A DNA stretch of 64,000 nucleotides from Octopus sinensis. Lineage: Eukaryota. Position numbers and translations under genes: made by a program. Below the pieces are notes generated by a model, which did not search any database, was not told the DNA's origin, and saw nothing but the letters and a program-made list of their open reading frames with translations. Where the stretch lies: contig NC_043001.1 in the NCBI RefSeq assembly GCF_006345805.1, forward strand, positions 27,962,001 through 28,026,000. The letters run 5' to 3'. Below, one piece after another: positions 1-11,618 of this stretch; the stretch's first letter is position 1, and each line of letters begins with the position of its first letter.

Positions 1-82
1 ATATATTACACAAAAACTATGCACACACACATGTATATATAAATGTATGTATATATATATATACATACATATATATATATAT

Positions 83-114
<32 letters not shown>

Positions 115-346
115 ACACATATATATGTACATATATATATACAATGTTTGAATGTGTCTAATATGTGTAAATGCAAAGTTAGGTATGCACACTCATATAC
201 ACTGTTGAAGAAAAATAGAATACTTGAAATGACATCGACCAGTCGCACTCTCCACTTTCAGTGTTCACGATGAGATTGTATAAACGTTACTGACGTTTAC
301 GCCTGTCTTATGTAACTAGTAAATTAATTTAATTTACGAACATATT

Positions 347-949
347 CTTTTCCACTCTAGGTACAAGGCCCGAAATTTTGGGGGAAGGGGCCAGTCAATT
401 CGATCGAGTCCAGTACGGAACTGGTACTTAATTTAACTGGTAACTGGTACTTATTTACTCGACCCGAAAGGATGAAAAGCAAAGTCGACATCGGTGGAAT
501 ATGAACTCAAAATTTAAAAAGATAGGAAATACCTATTTCTTTACTACCCACAAGGGGCTAAACACAGAGAGGACAATCAAGGACAGACAGACGGGTTAAG
601 TCGATCATATCGACCCCAGTGCGTAACTGGTACTTATTTAATCGACCCCGAAAGGATGAAAGGCAAAGTTGACCTCGGCGGAATTTGAACTCAGAACGTA
701 ACAGCAGACGAAATACCTATTTATTTACTACACACAAGGGGCTAAACACAGAAAGGACAAACAAGGACAGACAAACGGATTAAGTCGATTATATCGACCC
801 CAGTGTGTAACTGGTACTTATTTAATCGACCCTGAAAGGATGAAAGGCAAAGTCGACATCGGCGGAATTTAAACTCAGAACGTAGCGGCAAACGAAATAC
901 CGCTAGGCATTTCGCCCGGCGTGCTAACGTTTCTGCCAGCTCACCACCT
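347..949 (-). mobile_element. tRNA-derived SINE (family A), head-to-tail trimer: head + body/tail B + body/tail B + body/tail A
   Basis: The minus strand begins AAGGTGGTGAGCTGGCAGAAACGTTAGCACGCCGGGCGAAATG (A-box-like) and has a B-box-like GAGTTCAAATTCC. The core GTCGACTTTGCCTTTCATCCTTTCGGGGTCGAT..AAGTACCAGT occurs three times, with GAAATACC at 526, 710 and 894 (period 184). An 18-bp TSD TTAATTTACGAACATATT lies at 329-346 and 950-967. Confidence 0.9.
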
Positions 950-1749
950 TTAATTTACGAACATATTGACGGCTAAAATCTTTGGGTGTACTCTGTAGTA
1001 AAGTTTTGTATGAAAAATAAACGCCACTGAGCCGTTTGTAATTTAGGTTACAGAATTAACGACAGAAAATATGTCAGCTATACAAATCTATCTACATGAT
1101 TTAGTTATATGCGTAACAACTGTAACTCTAAATACGATTTCATATTGCAGACGGTTAACGATTGCTGAGGAAATTATAGAAATGTATTTTCTAATCAGTC
1201 ACGCTTTTACTGACCACAGCAAGTTTACGTGTGTGTTGTGTTTGTTGTGCTTTGTGTGTGCGTGTGTCAGAGAGATAGAGGGGGAGAGAAAAAGAGAGAG
1301 AGAGCATATTTGCAGATTATGACCGAAGGTTACTGAAGTTTGCCTCGAAAGAGTGTGCATGGAGAACCAGAATGCAAGGTAAGAAGTCAGGTGTCTTCAT
1401 CTCTGGCCCTGGAATGCTTTACTACTTCAGGTATCACCTGAAAATCAAGATAGCGCTGGAAAGGAGACACCTGTCTAGAAGTATAGAGAAACGATGGAAG
1501 GATGTGGTAAGGAAGTTGGGAGTTGATGTCCCTACTTAATCTACCACGAGGGGGAAAAAAAAGGATGCAGCCGTTGGACAGTAGACCAACAAGAAAAAAA
1601 ATGTAAGGAAACCAAAATTTCTAATCATATAAATCATCTATTTTTAACTTAATATATTTTTGTGTAAAAGAAAACGAACTGATAAAAACTCGCTATTTCG
1701 TTATTAATGTTTTGTATATTCCTGTATTGTCCTTCTATATTAGATCTTA

Positions 1750-2090
1750 TGATCATAATAAAGAAATCTCACAATCACGAAGTCCTGATTTCAGTTTCGT
1801 AGCGTTGCATTTTGGCAAGCATAATTTTCTATAGCCTTCGGTCCACCCATACAAGTAAGTGGAATCAAGGTTGACGGAAACTGTGCAGAAGCCTTTTGGC
1901 TGGAGTGTGCCCGTAATACCGATGTCTAGCCTTGTCACTCTGTGGTCGGGCTGAGACCACTTGAGAATTTAATTAAGTGTTCATGTGTCTCAGGAATACT
2001 CACCCAGCTATGTGTTAAGTCAATGATCCTGCTAGTTCAGTGGATCGAACCACGGAAATTTCATGGTCGGAAATTCTGTCCGAGTTCCAG
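1750..2090 (-). mobile_element. Degenerate SINE-like fragment related to family M
   Basis: Contains CTATAGCCTTCGGTCCACCC...GTGGAATCAAGGTTGACGGAAACTGTGCAGAAGCC, similar to the family M core CTATAGCCTCGGGCCGACC...GACGGAAACTGAAAGAAGCC. Orientation and limits are uncertain. Confidence 0.35.
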
Positions 2091-2899
2091 TTATATTACA
2101 TACATGCATACATGCATGCATAGATGCATGCATACATACTGTTGTGAGAATGTATTTTTCTTAATTATAATATTGTAATGATTGAGTTTTAGTTATTTTG
2201 GGGTCGGAAAAGTTTAGCCTATTGGTTGGTTTTGAACCAGTGAAGTCCAGATCTATATTACACCAACTATTCTCAAGAAAAATAAAAAGGGTTACTTCCC
2301 ATTTCGCTTCGATCGGCTCGGAGAAATTACGATTTTAGGCAAAATTGCAGGCGTTTGAGAAGGAAATACGACCGCCATCTTTGACATTGAACTCTCTGTT
2401 ATCAAGAACTCACATTTATACAAGTTATACTTCTTAGATTCATGACTGTAGTGACTATTTTATCTGGACCAATATTTGGCTACTGACTAATTATTTTGTA
2501 ACAACTCTGTACTGCCATTATTGTAAACTTTTACTATATTTCTCAATACATAATTGAATTGTACAGATCTGTTTGTTTTACTTCCTGGTTTCGAGCGGGG
2601 ACTGTTTACTTGTCGTGCAGTAACCGTTACAATACATACATGCATGCGTGCAATAATGCGAAAAGCAATGCATGGATACTTATCCCGTAAGCTAGAGGAC
2701 AATAACAGCATTGACAGAAAGAGTAGCTTCTCCTGGACCGGTGATAAGATACATTACATACCACCAAGTTGAAAATGTGACAGTGGTTTTGTTATTAATA
2801 TTCGAACACTGAAGCTTTGTATCTTTGTAAAAAAACCAGCTCCTTTCCTACAAGAAGACTTCAAATAATTCGAAATAGAAGGGAACACACACACGCACG

Positions 2900-2954
<55 letters not shown>

Positions 2955-3949
2955 ACACACACACACAGAGATACACACACAGACACACGTCCGTCTGTAA
3001 TACATACATGCATATTCACACTCATACATATATACACACGTACATACATACATGCATACATACATACATACATGCATGCCTACATACATACATACATACA
3101 TACATACATACATACATACATACATACATACATGCGTGTGTGGCTCTGTAAGTATATATTGAACGGTCGTCCGCAGTCGCATACATACACTCCACACAGA
3201 TATGGTGTGCCAGAAACTGTCAGTAGTAACAAACTGTCCGTAATATTACCTCCGTATTACTCTTCCTCTCCAACACACTTTCACTTCTGTCATATTTTCC
3301 CATCTTAAATAACTCATTCCTAATAACTATCGTCAAATTCCCAACATTTGCTCCACCTCTAAAATTACATCCTATTATTTAAGATCATTTGGAAATATGA
3401 AGACCGGTTTTCGAAGTCTCTCAGACATCTGTGTGACGTGTTAATAGTGACGTTTTACGTTGCTTGCTATCAGCCATTCTTTCATTGAGTAAATTTACTT
3501 TGATTAAAACACATCATCGTCTCCACAGCAATCAGTGAAGTCGAAATACTTGCCTTTCAAATAATGATTTCAAATAATAAAAAGTTAATAGATTTCGTTG
3601 GTAATATTCAATTATAAAGGTAGGTTAATAGAATGGAAATCTCGGCGAATAAAAAGCTAACCGAACAAAGAACGTTCTTAAATGTCACTGGACGACTGTG
3701 ATGAATACTCATCATTATTAATGATTTCATTTAAATTTCTGTTCAATACCAAATTACTTATGTGACTAGGGCAAAACTCCTAATTTTACATTTTCAACCT
3801 CCAAATGGCAAAATTTCCAAAGTTTAGTATTAACGATTCATTTCGATCTACTCTGGGAACAAGTGTCTATGCATTAAAATCACTTTAAGAGAGCACATTA
3901 ATTACATTCTTTAATATGGGTGGTTCGTTCAACATTCTTAAACAATCCT

Positions 3950-4190
3950 TATTCAGGGACCTTTTGAGCGGGATGGGCTACTCGACCAGAAGAAAATTCT
4001 AACTGGGCGCCACCTGCAAGGTCGTATGCTGTTTATCTTGATATGAGGTCACCGTGTCGCGCACATATGGTTGTGATGCATGTGTCTGGTGTACCCTTAT
4101 CAGACGGGTAGTCATAATGGGTATACTGGGCTTCGTATATTTTACCCCAGTGTCACTTTGATGGCATGCGCTGCTCTCTCACTCAATAAT
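3950..4190 (+). mobile_element. Interspersed repeat (family E), probable retroposon 3' end with (AAT)n/(AAC)n tail
   Basis: A close reverse-complement copy lies at 46498-46643. Both end ...GCTCTCTC(A)CTCAATAATAAT followed by a trinucleotide array. Confidence 0.75.
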
Positions 4191-4217
4191 AATAACAACA
4201 ATAACAACAACAACAAC

Positions 4218-4270
<53 letters not shown>

Positions 4271-4324
4271 CAAAAATAGCAACAACAAAAAAACAAGGAC
4301 GACGACTATAGCCACTACTATATT

Positions 4325-4620
4325 GAGGTTGGTCTTTTCCGTAGGCTTTTCTTTCCACGGGTAAACCTCACCTGTCCTCCCCTTTACACTTCATATTGAC
4401 ATTTCTGTGATAACGATCCCTATTGATTAATTTTTTTTCCTTTCCCTTCCCCCCCTTTTTAAAGATTTTATCCCCCCCCTTTTTTGTCCTCTTTCTTTCC
4501 TTTTACGATCCCTTTTGATCGAAAACCAAACCGCCTTTTTTTCCCCCAAAAAGAAAAGCTCTACCTTGTAATTTGTCCTGTCTGTGTGCAGCCCTGTGTG
4601 GCTAATAAAGAAACATATCT
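4325..4620 (+). mobile_element. Probable LINE 3' UTR fragment (Tx1-like terminal motif)
   Basis: A pyrimidine-rich tract ends AAAGCTCTACCTTGTAATTTGTCCTGTCTGTGTGCAGCCCTGTGTGGCTAATAAAGAAACATATCT. A second copy of this terminus is at 5876-5935, and it shares a motif with the Tx1-like 3' end near 16282. The 5' limit is uncertain. Confidence 0.55.
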
Positions 4621-5695
4621 GTAAAAGCAGTTTACTTTATTCATCATTTTCTGTTTGGCTGCGAAAAATTCTGTGATTGGAGTGGTAGATGAAAGATGTA
4701 TGTATGTATGTATGTATGTATGTATGTATGTATGTATGTATGTACGTACGTTTATGTATATATATATATATATATATAAGCATACATACATATATGTTTG
4801 CATGTATGTATGTATGCTTATATGTATACATATATAAATATAAATATGAATGTATATGTATATGTATATGTGAGTGCATATATATATATATATATAAAAG
4901 CATATATATACACACATGTGTGTGTGTACGTGTGTATGTATATGTGTATGTATGTATGTATGTATTATGTATGTATATGAATTATTATGGGGAAAAAAGA
5001 GGAGAAGGTGGGGAAAATGATATGGTGATGTTGAGAGGCAGAAAGGATGGAAAAGATAAATAATCACAAAAAGATGAGAAAATGTGCAGGGGAAAAAAGA
5101 AAAGAAAAAAGGAGGCAAAGAAATAAAATTGCATGAAGGAAAAAAAAATATAGAAACTAAAAACAAAAGAGACTAGAAGAAAATGGAGAATATAAAAAGA
5201 ACAATGAACCATTTTTTTTCTGAAAATATTCCCAATTTTCAGTAATTTTCTCTGAAGAGGTTTTTCTGAGAAATTGAAGCTAAAAAGGTTGGTGTGATGT
5301 AGGAAGGAAGAGGAGAAGTAGGATAAGAAAAGCTGACGGAAGAGGAAGAGGAGTAAGAGAAGAAAAGGAGTAGGAGGAGGAGAAGAAGAAAATGGACACG
5401 AAAAAACATATAAAATACAAGCAAACACGAAAAATCCGTAATCATAACAGCGAATGTGAAAAATCGTGCAATTTTCTTAGTGGAGCAAATGTTAAAAAAT
5501 AACAATAAACATCAACAACAAAATATACAAAGAGATATATACGTGTGTGTGTGTGTGTGCGTGAACAGATACATGCATGCACGCAAGTGTCTGTAAAGGT
5601 TCGGTAAACATCATGCATGGTAATCAACAAACGAAGGGTTATTGGATTATAAGGGGTTACAAAATGGAAGAACAAAAATGCAGACACACTGATAG

Positions 5696-5700
5696 CTTAT

Positions 5701-5755
<55 letters not shown>

Positions 5756-5792
5756 GTAGGTAGGTAGGTAGGTAGGTAGGTAGGTAGGTAGG

Positions 5793-5866
<74 letters not shown>

Positions 5867-5935
5867 GATAGATAAGTTTCTTTATTGGTCACACAGGGCT
5901 GCACACAGATGGGACAAGTTACCAGGTAGAGCTTT

Positions 5936-5997
<62 letters not shown>
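5696..5997. repeat. (GATA)n/(GGTA)n compound microsatellite interrupted by a 60-bp retroelement terminus
   Basis: Read directly from the sequence. Confidence 0.95.
5876..5935 (-). mobile_element. 60-bp 3'-terminal fragment of the same element as 4560-4620, embedded in (GATA)n
   Basis: The reverse complement reads AAAGCTCTACCTGGTAACTTGTCCCATCTGTGTGCAGCCCTGTGTGACCAATAAAGAAAC then (TATC)n. GATA repeats flank both sides. Confidence 0.8.
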
Positions 5998-6219
5998 CAG
6001 TTGGGTGGGTAACTAGTTAGCGAACTGTGTACTTAGATAAATGGATGGATGGATAGAAAGCTATAGAACAAAAGAAAGTGAAAAGGAAAGGTAGAACGAG
6101 CATGAGAGAAAGGAGGGTGGGAGGAAAGATATGTTTCCTGCATATGATATATATATATATATAAGCACGTGCGTATACAGACGCGCATATATGCACGCAC
6201 ATACACAGACATATACGAG

Positions 6220-6282
<63 letters not shown>

Positions 6283-7409
6283 ATATATATACACTTGTAT
6301 GCAAGGACATGGATATGTATCTACATTTGTGTGTATGTGCATGTGTGTTTGGTTGTGCGTGAGTCTTGACATGAAAAATGTTGCCGCTCGCATAGCCGAA
6401 AGTTGAAAAACGTTCATTTTGCAGCTATGAGACCTTTCGGTGGATCTTGCCATGGGGTACTTCAAGCGCGATTACTGGACTATATCTCTAATTCAAAATG
6501 CCATTCTAGTGTCATTTTCTTTCACTCTGATTCTGCGTAATTATTACGTTAAGCATACAAGTGTGAGCGTAGCCACTTAAACTATAATTCAAGGATTAGA
6601 TAGCTTAGTTGACTGGGCAATTAGGACACTCGTCTTCGAAACTGAAGAGGCAATGTGGAGGGATGGGTGGTAAGGAAAAGGGAAAGCAGTTGAAGGTGTG
6701 TGTATTAGGGATAGGGAGATGGAGGATTTGCAGGGATATGACATCCGTCCCCATCACTGCCAAAGCACAGCCTTGACGGTCGGTTTCGTAATGATGTCGT
6801 CGTTCCAGACTCGAAAACAGCGGAGTGCAGAATGTGCAGCTCGGGAGCTATTTAGGTGACTTACACGCTATCGGATATTGAAATAGTCCCACAAGACAGT
6901 GACACAAGGCGATGAAGAGACGCACAGACATATATATCTTGCCCGCACACTCTTTTCCAACAATTATTAAGCCTACTTAAGACATCATTTTAGCCACTTC
7001 TACTCTACACATATCTGTTCTTCCATTCAACGTTCTGCATATGCTGCAACCATGGTGTTTTCTTATTTAACATTCAGTTTATTTTTCCATTCTTGAAAAA
7101 GAAACATTTTCCGAAACGTCGAACACTCCTTCTTTATATTCAATGTAATTATATACTTTGTAACCTTGCTCGTTATTTTCTTGCTTTTATTTTATTTCAA
7201 AACCATTGCATGTTCCATTGTTATGCTGATGCAGACTTCTGAATGAACACTGGATAATACTTTAAAATAATAAAGCAACGAGGAAGCATCAACTAAGTCT
7301 GATCATTTAATAACATTTACATTTTAGTCATATCCAAGCCTACCCTCTTAAAAAGAATAAACAATCACATTAGATAATATAGTTCAAGGATTTAACAGAA
7401 ACTCTAAAA

Positions 7410-7821
7410 AGGCGGCGAGCTGGTAGAAACGTTAGCACGCCGGGTGAAATGCGTAGTCGTATTTCGTCTGCCGTTACTTTCTGAGTTCAAATTCTGCAGA
7501 GGTCGACTTTGCCTTTCATCCTTTCGGGGTCGATAAATTGAGTACCAGTTACGCACTGGGGTCGATATAATCGACTTAATTCGTTTGTCTGTACTTGTTT
7601 GTCCCCTCTGTATCCCCTTGTGGGTAGTAAAGAAATAGGTATTTCGTCTGCCGTTACGTTCTGAGTTCAAATTCCGCCGAGGTCGACTTTGCCTTTCATT
7701 CTTTCGGGGTTGATAAATTGAGTACCAGTTACACACTGGGGTCGATGTAATCGACTTAATCCTTTTGTCTGTCCTTGTTTGTCCCCTCTATGTTTAGACC
7801 CTTGTGGGTAATAAAGAAATA
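7410..7821 (+). mobile_element. SINE family A dimer ending in tail B
   Basis: Head AGGCGGCGAGCTGGTAGAAACGTTAGCACGCC, then two body units (GTATTTCG at ~7459 and ~7639), each followed by TTTGTC..CCCTTGTGGGTA(G/A)TAAAGAAAT. TSD AGAAACTCTAAAA at 7397-7409 and 7822-7834. Confidence 0.9.
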
Positions 7822-8203
7822 AGAAACTCTAAAATATTTAAATAGGTTTTCTAACGTTGCTGCTAACTCGTAACCTCTCTAATACCATAAATATTGATTT
7901 TTCTTTGTGATATTTATAGTTTCCCATGGATATTAGCGTCTCAAGTAAGCTGCATGGACTTCTACCAGGAGAAGAAACCATGACGTGATTTCTGACTACG
8001 GACACGATAATATTTGTTCTATGTTACTCACCAGGAAAAGTCAGATACGATTTCTTTTGATTGTGTACGAATCCAAATGTATATACAAAATAAATAAAAT
8101 TAAATCGACTTGAGTATGATACTGGTACAAAGTGTATAATCCTCGAAGATAAAAAAAAAGAGTACAGTAGTATTTAGACTAGGAATACAGATGGGTAGAA
8201 CTA

Positions 8204-8776
8204 TTGGGTTGTCCGAAAAGTTCGTGCCGATTTTTAAAGGAAAGAAAATGGTCAATAAATACTTTCCATTACATTTTTAATCGACCAAATATGAACCATT
8301 TTGTAGCACAATGCGTCTCCATCTTTCCTTTAACTTGAAAATACCCTCTTCCCAGAATTGAGGTGGTTTCATGGCAAAGAATTCATCAAGGTATCTTTTT
8401 ACGTCATCCAAGGAATTGAAATTTTTGCCATTAAGACTATTCTGCAGAGACCTGAATAAGTGGAAATCAATCCGAAGGTGAATATTCTGGTGAATATGGA
8501 GAGTGGGGTAACACATCCCAGCCGAGCTGCAGCAATTTTTATCTGGTTCCCAAAGCATCAAGTGCCGAAAATGAACTTTCTTTTTAACTTTCATTTTAAG
8601 GGGTTACAGAATTAACACAGGTTATAGGAACATAAACCTTCTTCCACGAAAAGATAGCTTAAACTGTGCTCTAAATGGAGGTGTAGTCAAATCCTATTTT
8701 ATGGACTCAACCATGTTCTAAAATAAGTCGAAAGGTAAGCTCCTATAAATCGGCACGAACTTTCCGGACAACCCAA
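8204..8776 (-). mobile_element. Internally deleted mariner (Tc1/mariner) element with both TIRs
   Basis: 30-bp TIRs TTGGGTTGTCCG(A/G)AAAGTTCGTGCCGATTT at 8204-8233 and 8747-8776, flanked by TA on the left and CA on the right (a probably mutated TA TSD). Confidence 0.92.
8277..8594 (-). pseudogene. Mariner transposase remnant (N-terminal stub fused to the C-terminal part of the catalytic domain, frameshifted)
   Basis: MKVKKKVHFRHLMLWE resembles a mariner N-terminus. An alternative frame gives KLLQLGWDVLPHSPYSPEYSPSD (YSPDLAPSD-like motif). After a 4-nt GATT duplication it continues FHLFRSLQNSLNGKNFNSLDDVKRYLDEFFAMKPPQFWEEGIFKLKERWRRIVLQNGSY, a typical mariner C-terminus. Confidence 0.9.
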
Positions 8777-9580
8777 CAGATACTTGTTGACATATTCTAG
8801 CATTCTACATTTAAGCTGATTCACCGTTCAAGTCATCACTTACACTCATATTCGACGAACGTATATTTCAATGCCTCTTTCAGTATCACTTACATAGGTA
8901 ATAATGACTCTTTCTTTAATTTTGAAATGTATTTTCTGGTAATCTTAGAAACCTAAATATATTCGGTATATATATATTCAGCCAGCTTGTAATCATGAAC
9001 TAGAATTTACCTAATTATTCATCAAGAATTTCATTAAAGGAAATTATATTTTTGCAATTAATCATGTTCCAAACTTTATTTAATCTTTAATAAATCGCAA
9101 ATAGAATCGAAATCTTTTGCCGTCTTTCGATATTCCAAATTTTGTCAACTTACATATCTGAAAATTTAATTATGGTATTTAATTTTCTATTTATCTTTAT
9201 TAAGAATTTGTGCAAATGATGTTTTCGTTAATTATACAAAACCACGAAGTAAAGAAAGATAATTAGGTATGGAACATCGTTTTGTATCATCTTATATTTT
9301 TTGATAGCCGTCTTATTGCACTTTAGACGTTAAAAAATTCTAATTTTCTCAATTTTCAAAGAGTGCTTAATTAAATTTTATTTTATATTTCAGTAAAATA
9401 TGTCCATTAATTAACAACATCAGAATAATTATAAATTTTGATTTTGCGGTAATTTTAAAACCAATATTTTTTTTGTGAACAAAGAAAAAATGTGCAACTA
9501 AATACTGAAGATACTTTTTTTGTTTTTTGTTTTTGGTATTCACAAGGCCTTAAGTCTTAAAGGAAAATATAAAGAATATT

Positions 9581-9981
9581 CTTTTCTACTCTAGGCGCAC
9601 GACCGGAAAGTTTTTGGGACGGTGCCAGTCGATTAGATCGACACCAGTACGCAACTGGTACTTAATTTATTGACCCCGAAAGGATGAAAGGCAAAGTCGA
9701 CCTCGGTAGAATTTGAACTCAGAATGTAGCGGCAGACGAAATACCTATTTCTTTACTACCCACAAGGGACTAAACACAGAGAGGACGAACAAGGACAGAC
9801 AAACGGATTAAGTCGATTATATCGACTCCAGTGCGTAACTGGTACTTATTTAATCGACCCCGAAAGGATGAAAGGCAAAGTCGACCTCGGAGGAATTTCA
9901 ACTCAGAATGTAAAGACAGATGAAATGCCACTAAGCATTTCGCCCGGCGCGCTAACGTTTCTGCCAGCTCACCGCCTTAAC
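9581..9981 (-). mobile_element. SINE family A dimer (body/tail B + body/tail A)
   Basis: Two core units with GAAAT at 9738 and 9922 (period 184). 14-bp TSD ATATAAAGAATATT at 9567-9580 and 9982-9995. Confidence 0.9.
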
Positions 9982-10327
9982 ATATAAAGAATATTGAGGT
10001 GTTTATGCGTTTCTGTTTGACATCAGCAGCTCTTGTCGACTGAGAAGAATCACCGAGAACAGAAAAAAAGTCATCCTTTCGGTTGAGAGCTTATCTATTT
10101 TCTCACAACACTCCGCGATATATTTAGATTGATGTCAAAAAATGTATAAGCTACCTTAAAACAAAGCAAGGGTTTTTAAAAAAAAATTTTAGCCAATAAT
10201 AAAACTTAGGAAACATCCAGGAGGTTGTTTTACTCCCTTGTAGTTCTGTAGATACTTAATTCAATATTTTGAAAGACAACTTTCAAAATAGCTCTTTCAC
10301 ATATACGTACCTACAAATAATATGTAA

Positions 10328-10367
<40 letters not shown>

Positions 10368-10374
10368 TATATAG

Positions 10375-10562
10375 CCGCTATGATAGATCGTTAGCCACTA
10401 CACACATTTTTTTCTCTCCTTGTTTTTTCTGTGTCCCTTTCTGTAGAAGAGCGTAGGCTCGAAACGTAAAAGACCTTTTCTATTCCTGAGCGTTATACTA
10501 ATACATCTGTTTGTTTTGTACACCACCTGTCTTCGTCTTTTGTTTTTTTCGTAAACTCTCCC
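10375..10562 (+). mobile_element. Probable Penelope-like element terminal fragment with a hammerhead-like motif, flanked by (TA)n
   Basis: CTGTAGAAGAGCGTAGGCTCGAAACGTAAAAGAC resembles the CUGANGA(A)-stemII-GAAACGU minimal hammerheads known from Penelope-like elements. (TA)n flanks both sides. Confidence 0.45.
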
Positions 10563-11618
10563 TATATATATATATATAATATATATATATATACCACAAT
10601 GAAGGCATTGCAAGTGCATCATTTTCATGTCAACAGATTCAGTTAATTAGCTGCTGGACGATAGAATTGCTTTTAGATGCATGAAAATGGCATGACGAAA
10701 TTATGACAAGATCATAACTTAATTATTGCAGGGATACTTATGACTAAATATTAATTTTGGGGACTATTTGAAAGTATTTAGCTTGTACAGGAACGTTTAT
10801 TATCTAAATAATCGCCAGCAATTAAGTACTTCAATCAAGTTGTTAGGCCGAAGGAAAGATTAAAATTCAGCTTTTTAAGTCAATGATTCCAGTAATTCAT
10901 TGACCTATATAAAGAAACGGAAATAGTTTTCTTAAGAAAATATAATTTGCTTTTTGATTCTTGTACTTTGGTAAGTGTGTGAACTGACGGACGGGAAGAG
11001 AAGGAGAAAATAAGATGACGAATAGAAGAAATAATAATTTTTTAAAATTATACTTTTGTCTAAATTATACTTACAACGTAAATATTATCTAATTCGAATC
11101 GTTTAATTGAATGTTGGTTTAAAATGGAGGCAAAGAAGTGAAAGAAGATGAAGACTGCGATAACAGCAGGAGACAGTGTACTGAGTGTGTGTGTGGTCAG
11201 TCTCATTCCAGTTCTTCGATTTAGTCATAGAATATGGTTAATTAACAAAACAATCAATTCTTTGTGTTTTGTATCACTGTGATTATTGACTTATATACAT
11301 TATTGATTAAATTTATTCCATTTTACTTTGTTGAATGGAGATGGCAAATAATTTGAGAACAACAACAATAAAATTACTCATAACAGCAACAACAACAATA
11401 AAATTACCCGTACCAACAACAACAACAACAATACTCACTATGAATAAAAACAATAAAAACAAGCCAAAGGCGATTATAACGATGACAAAAGACTATCAAT
11501 TTGAGTTCGAATTTCTATATGGATGTTCTTAATTTTGTTAATAAGCAACAATTTTATATCAATTATGGTTCACTCGAATATATTTTTAAATACTTTAGCT
11601 GACTGTCGACTTCGTCGA

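Noticed and set aside
1330-1540. Possible RTE tail (KRWKDVVRK)
   Set aside because: A single short motif without the upstream GHV.R or GRP motifs.
6400-6940. CpG-richer block with CRMC and FHSDS peptides
   Set aside because: It could be a LINE zinc-knuckle or RNase H relic, but key His/Cys and flanking motifs are missing and the frames are inconsistent.
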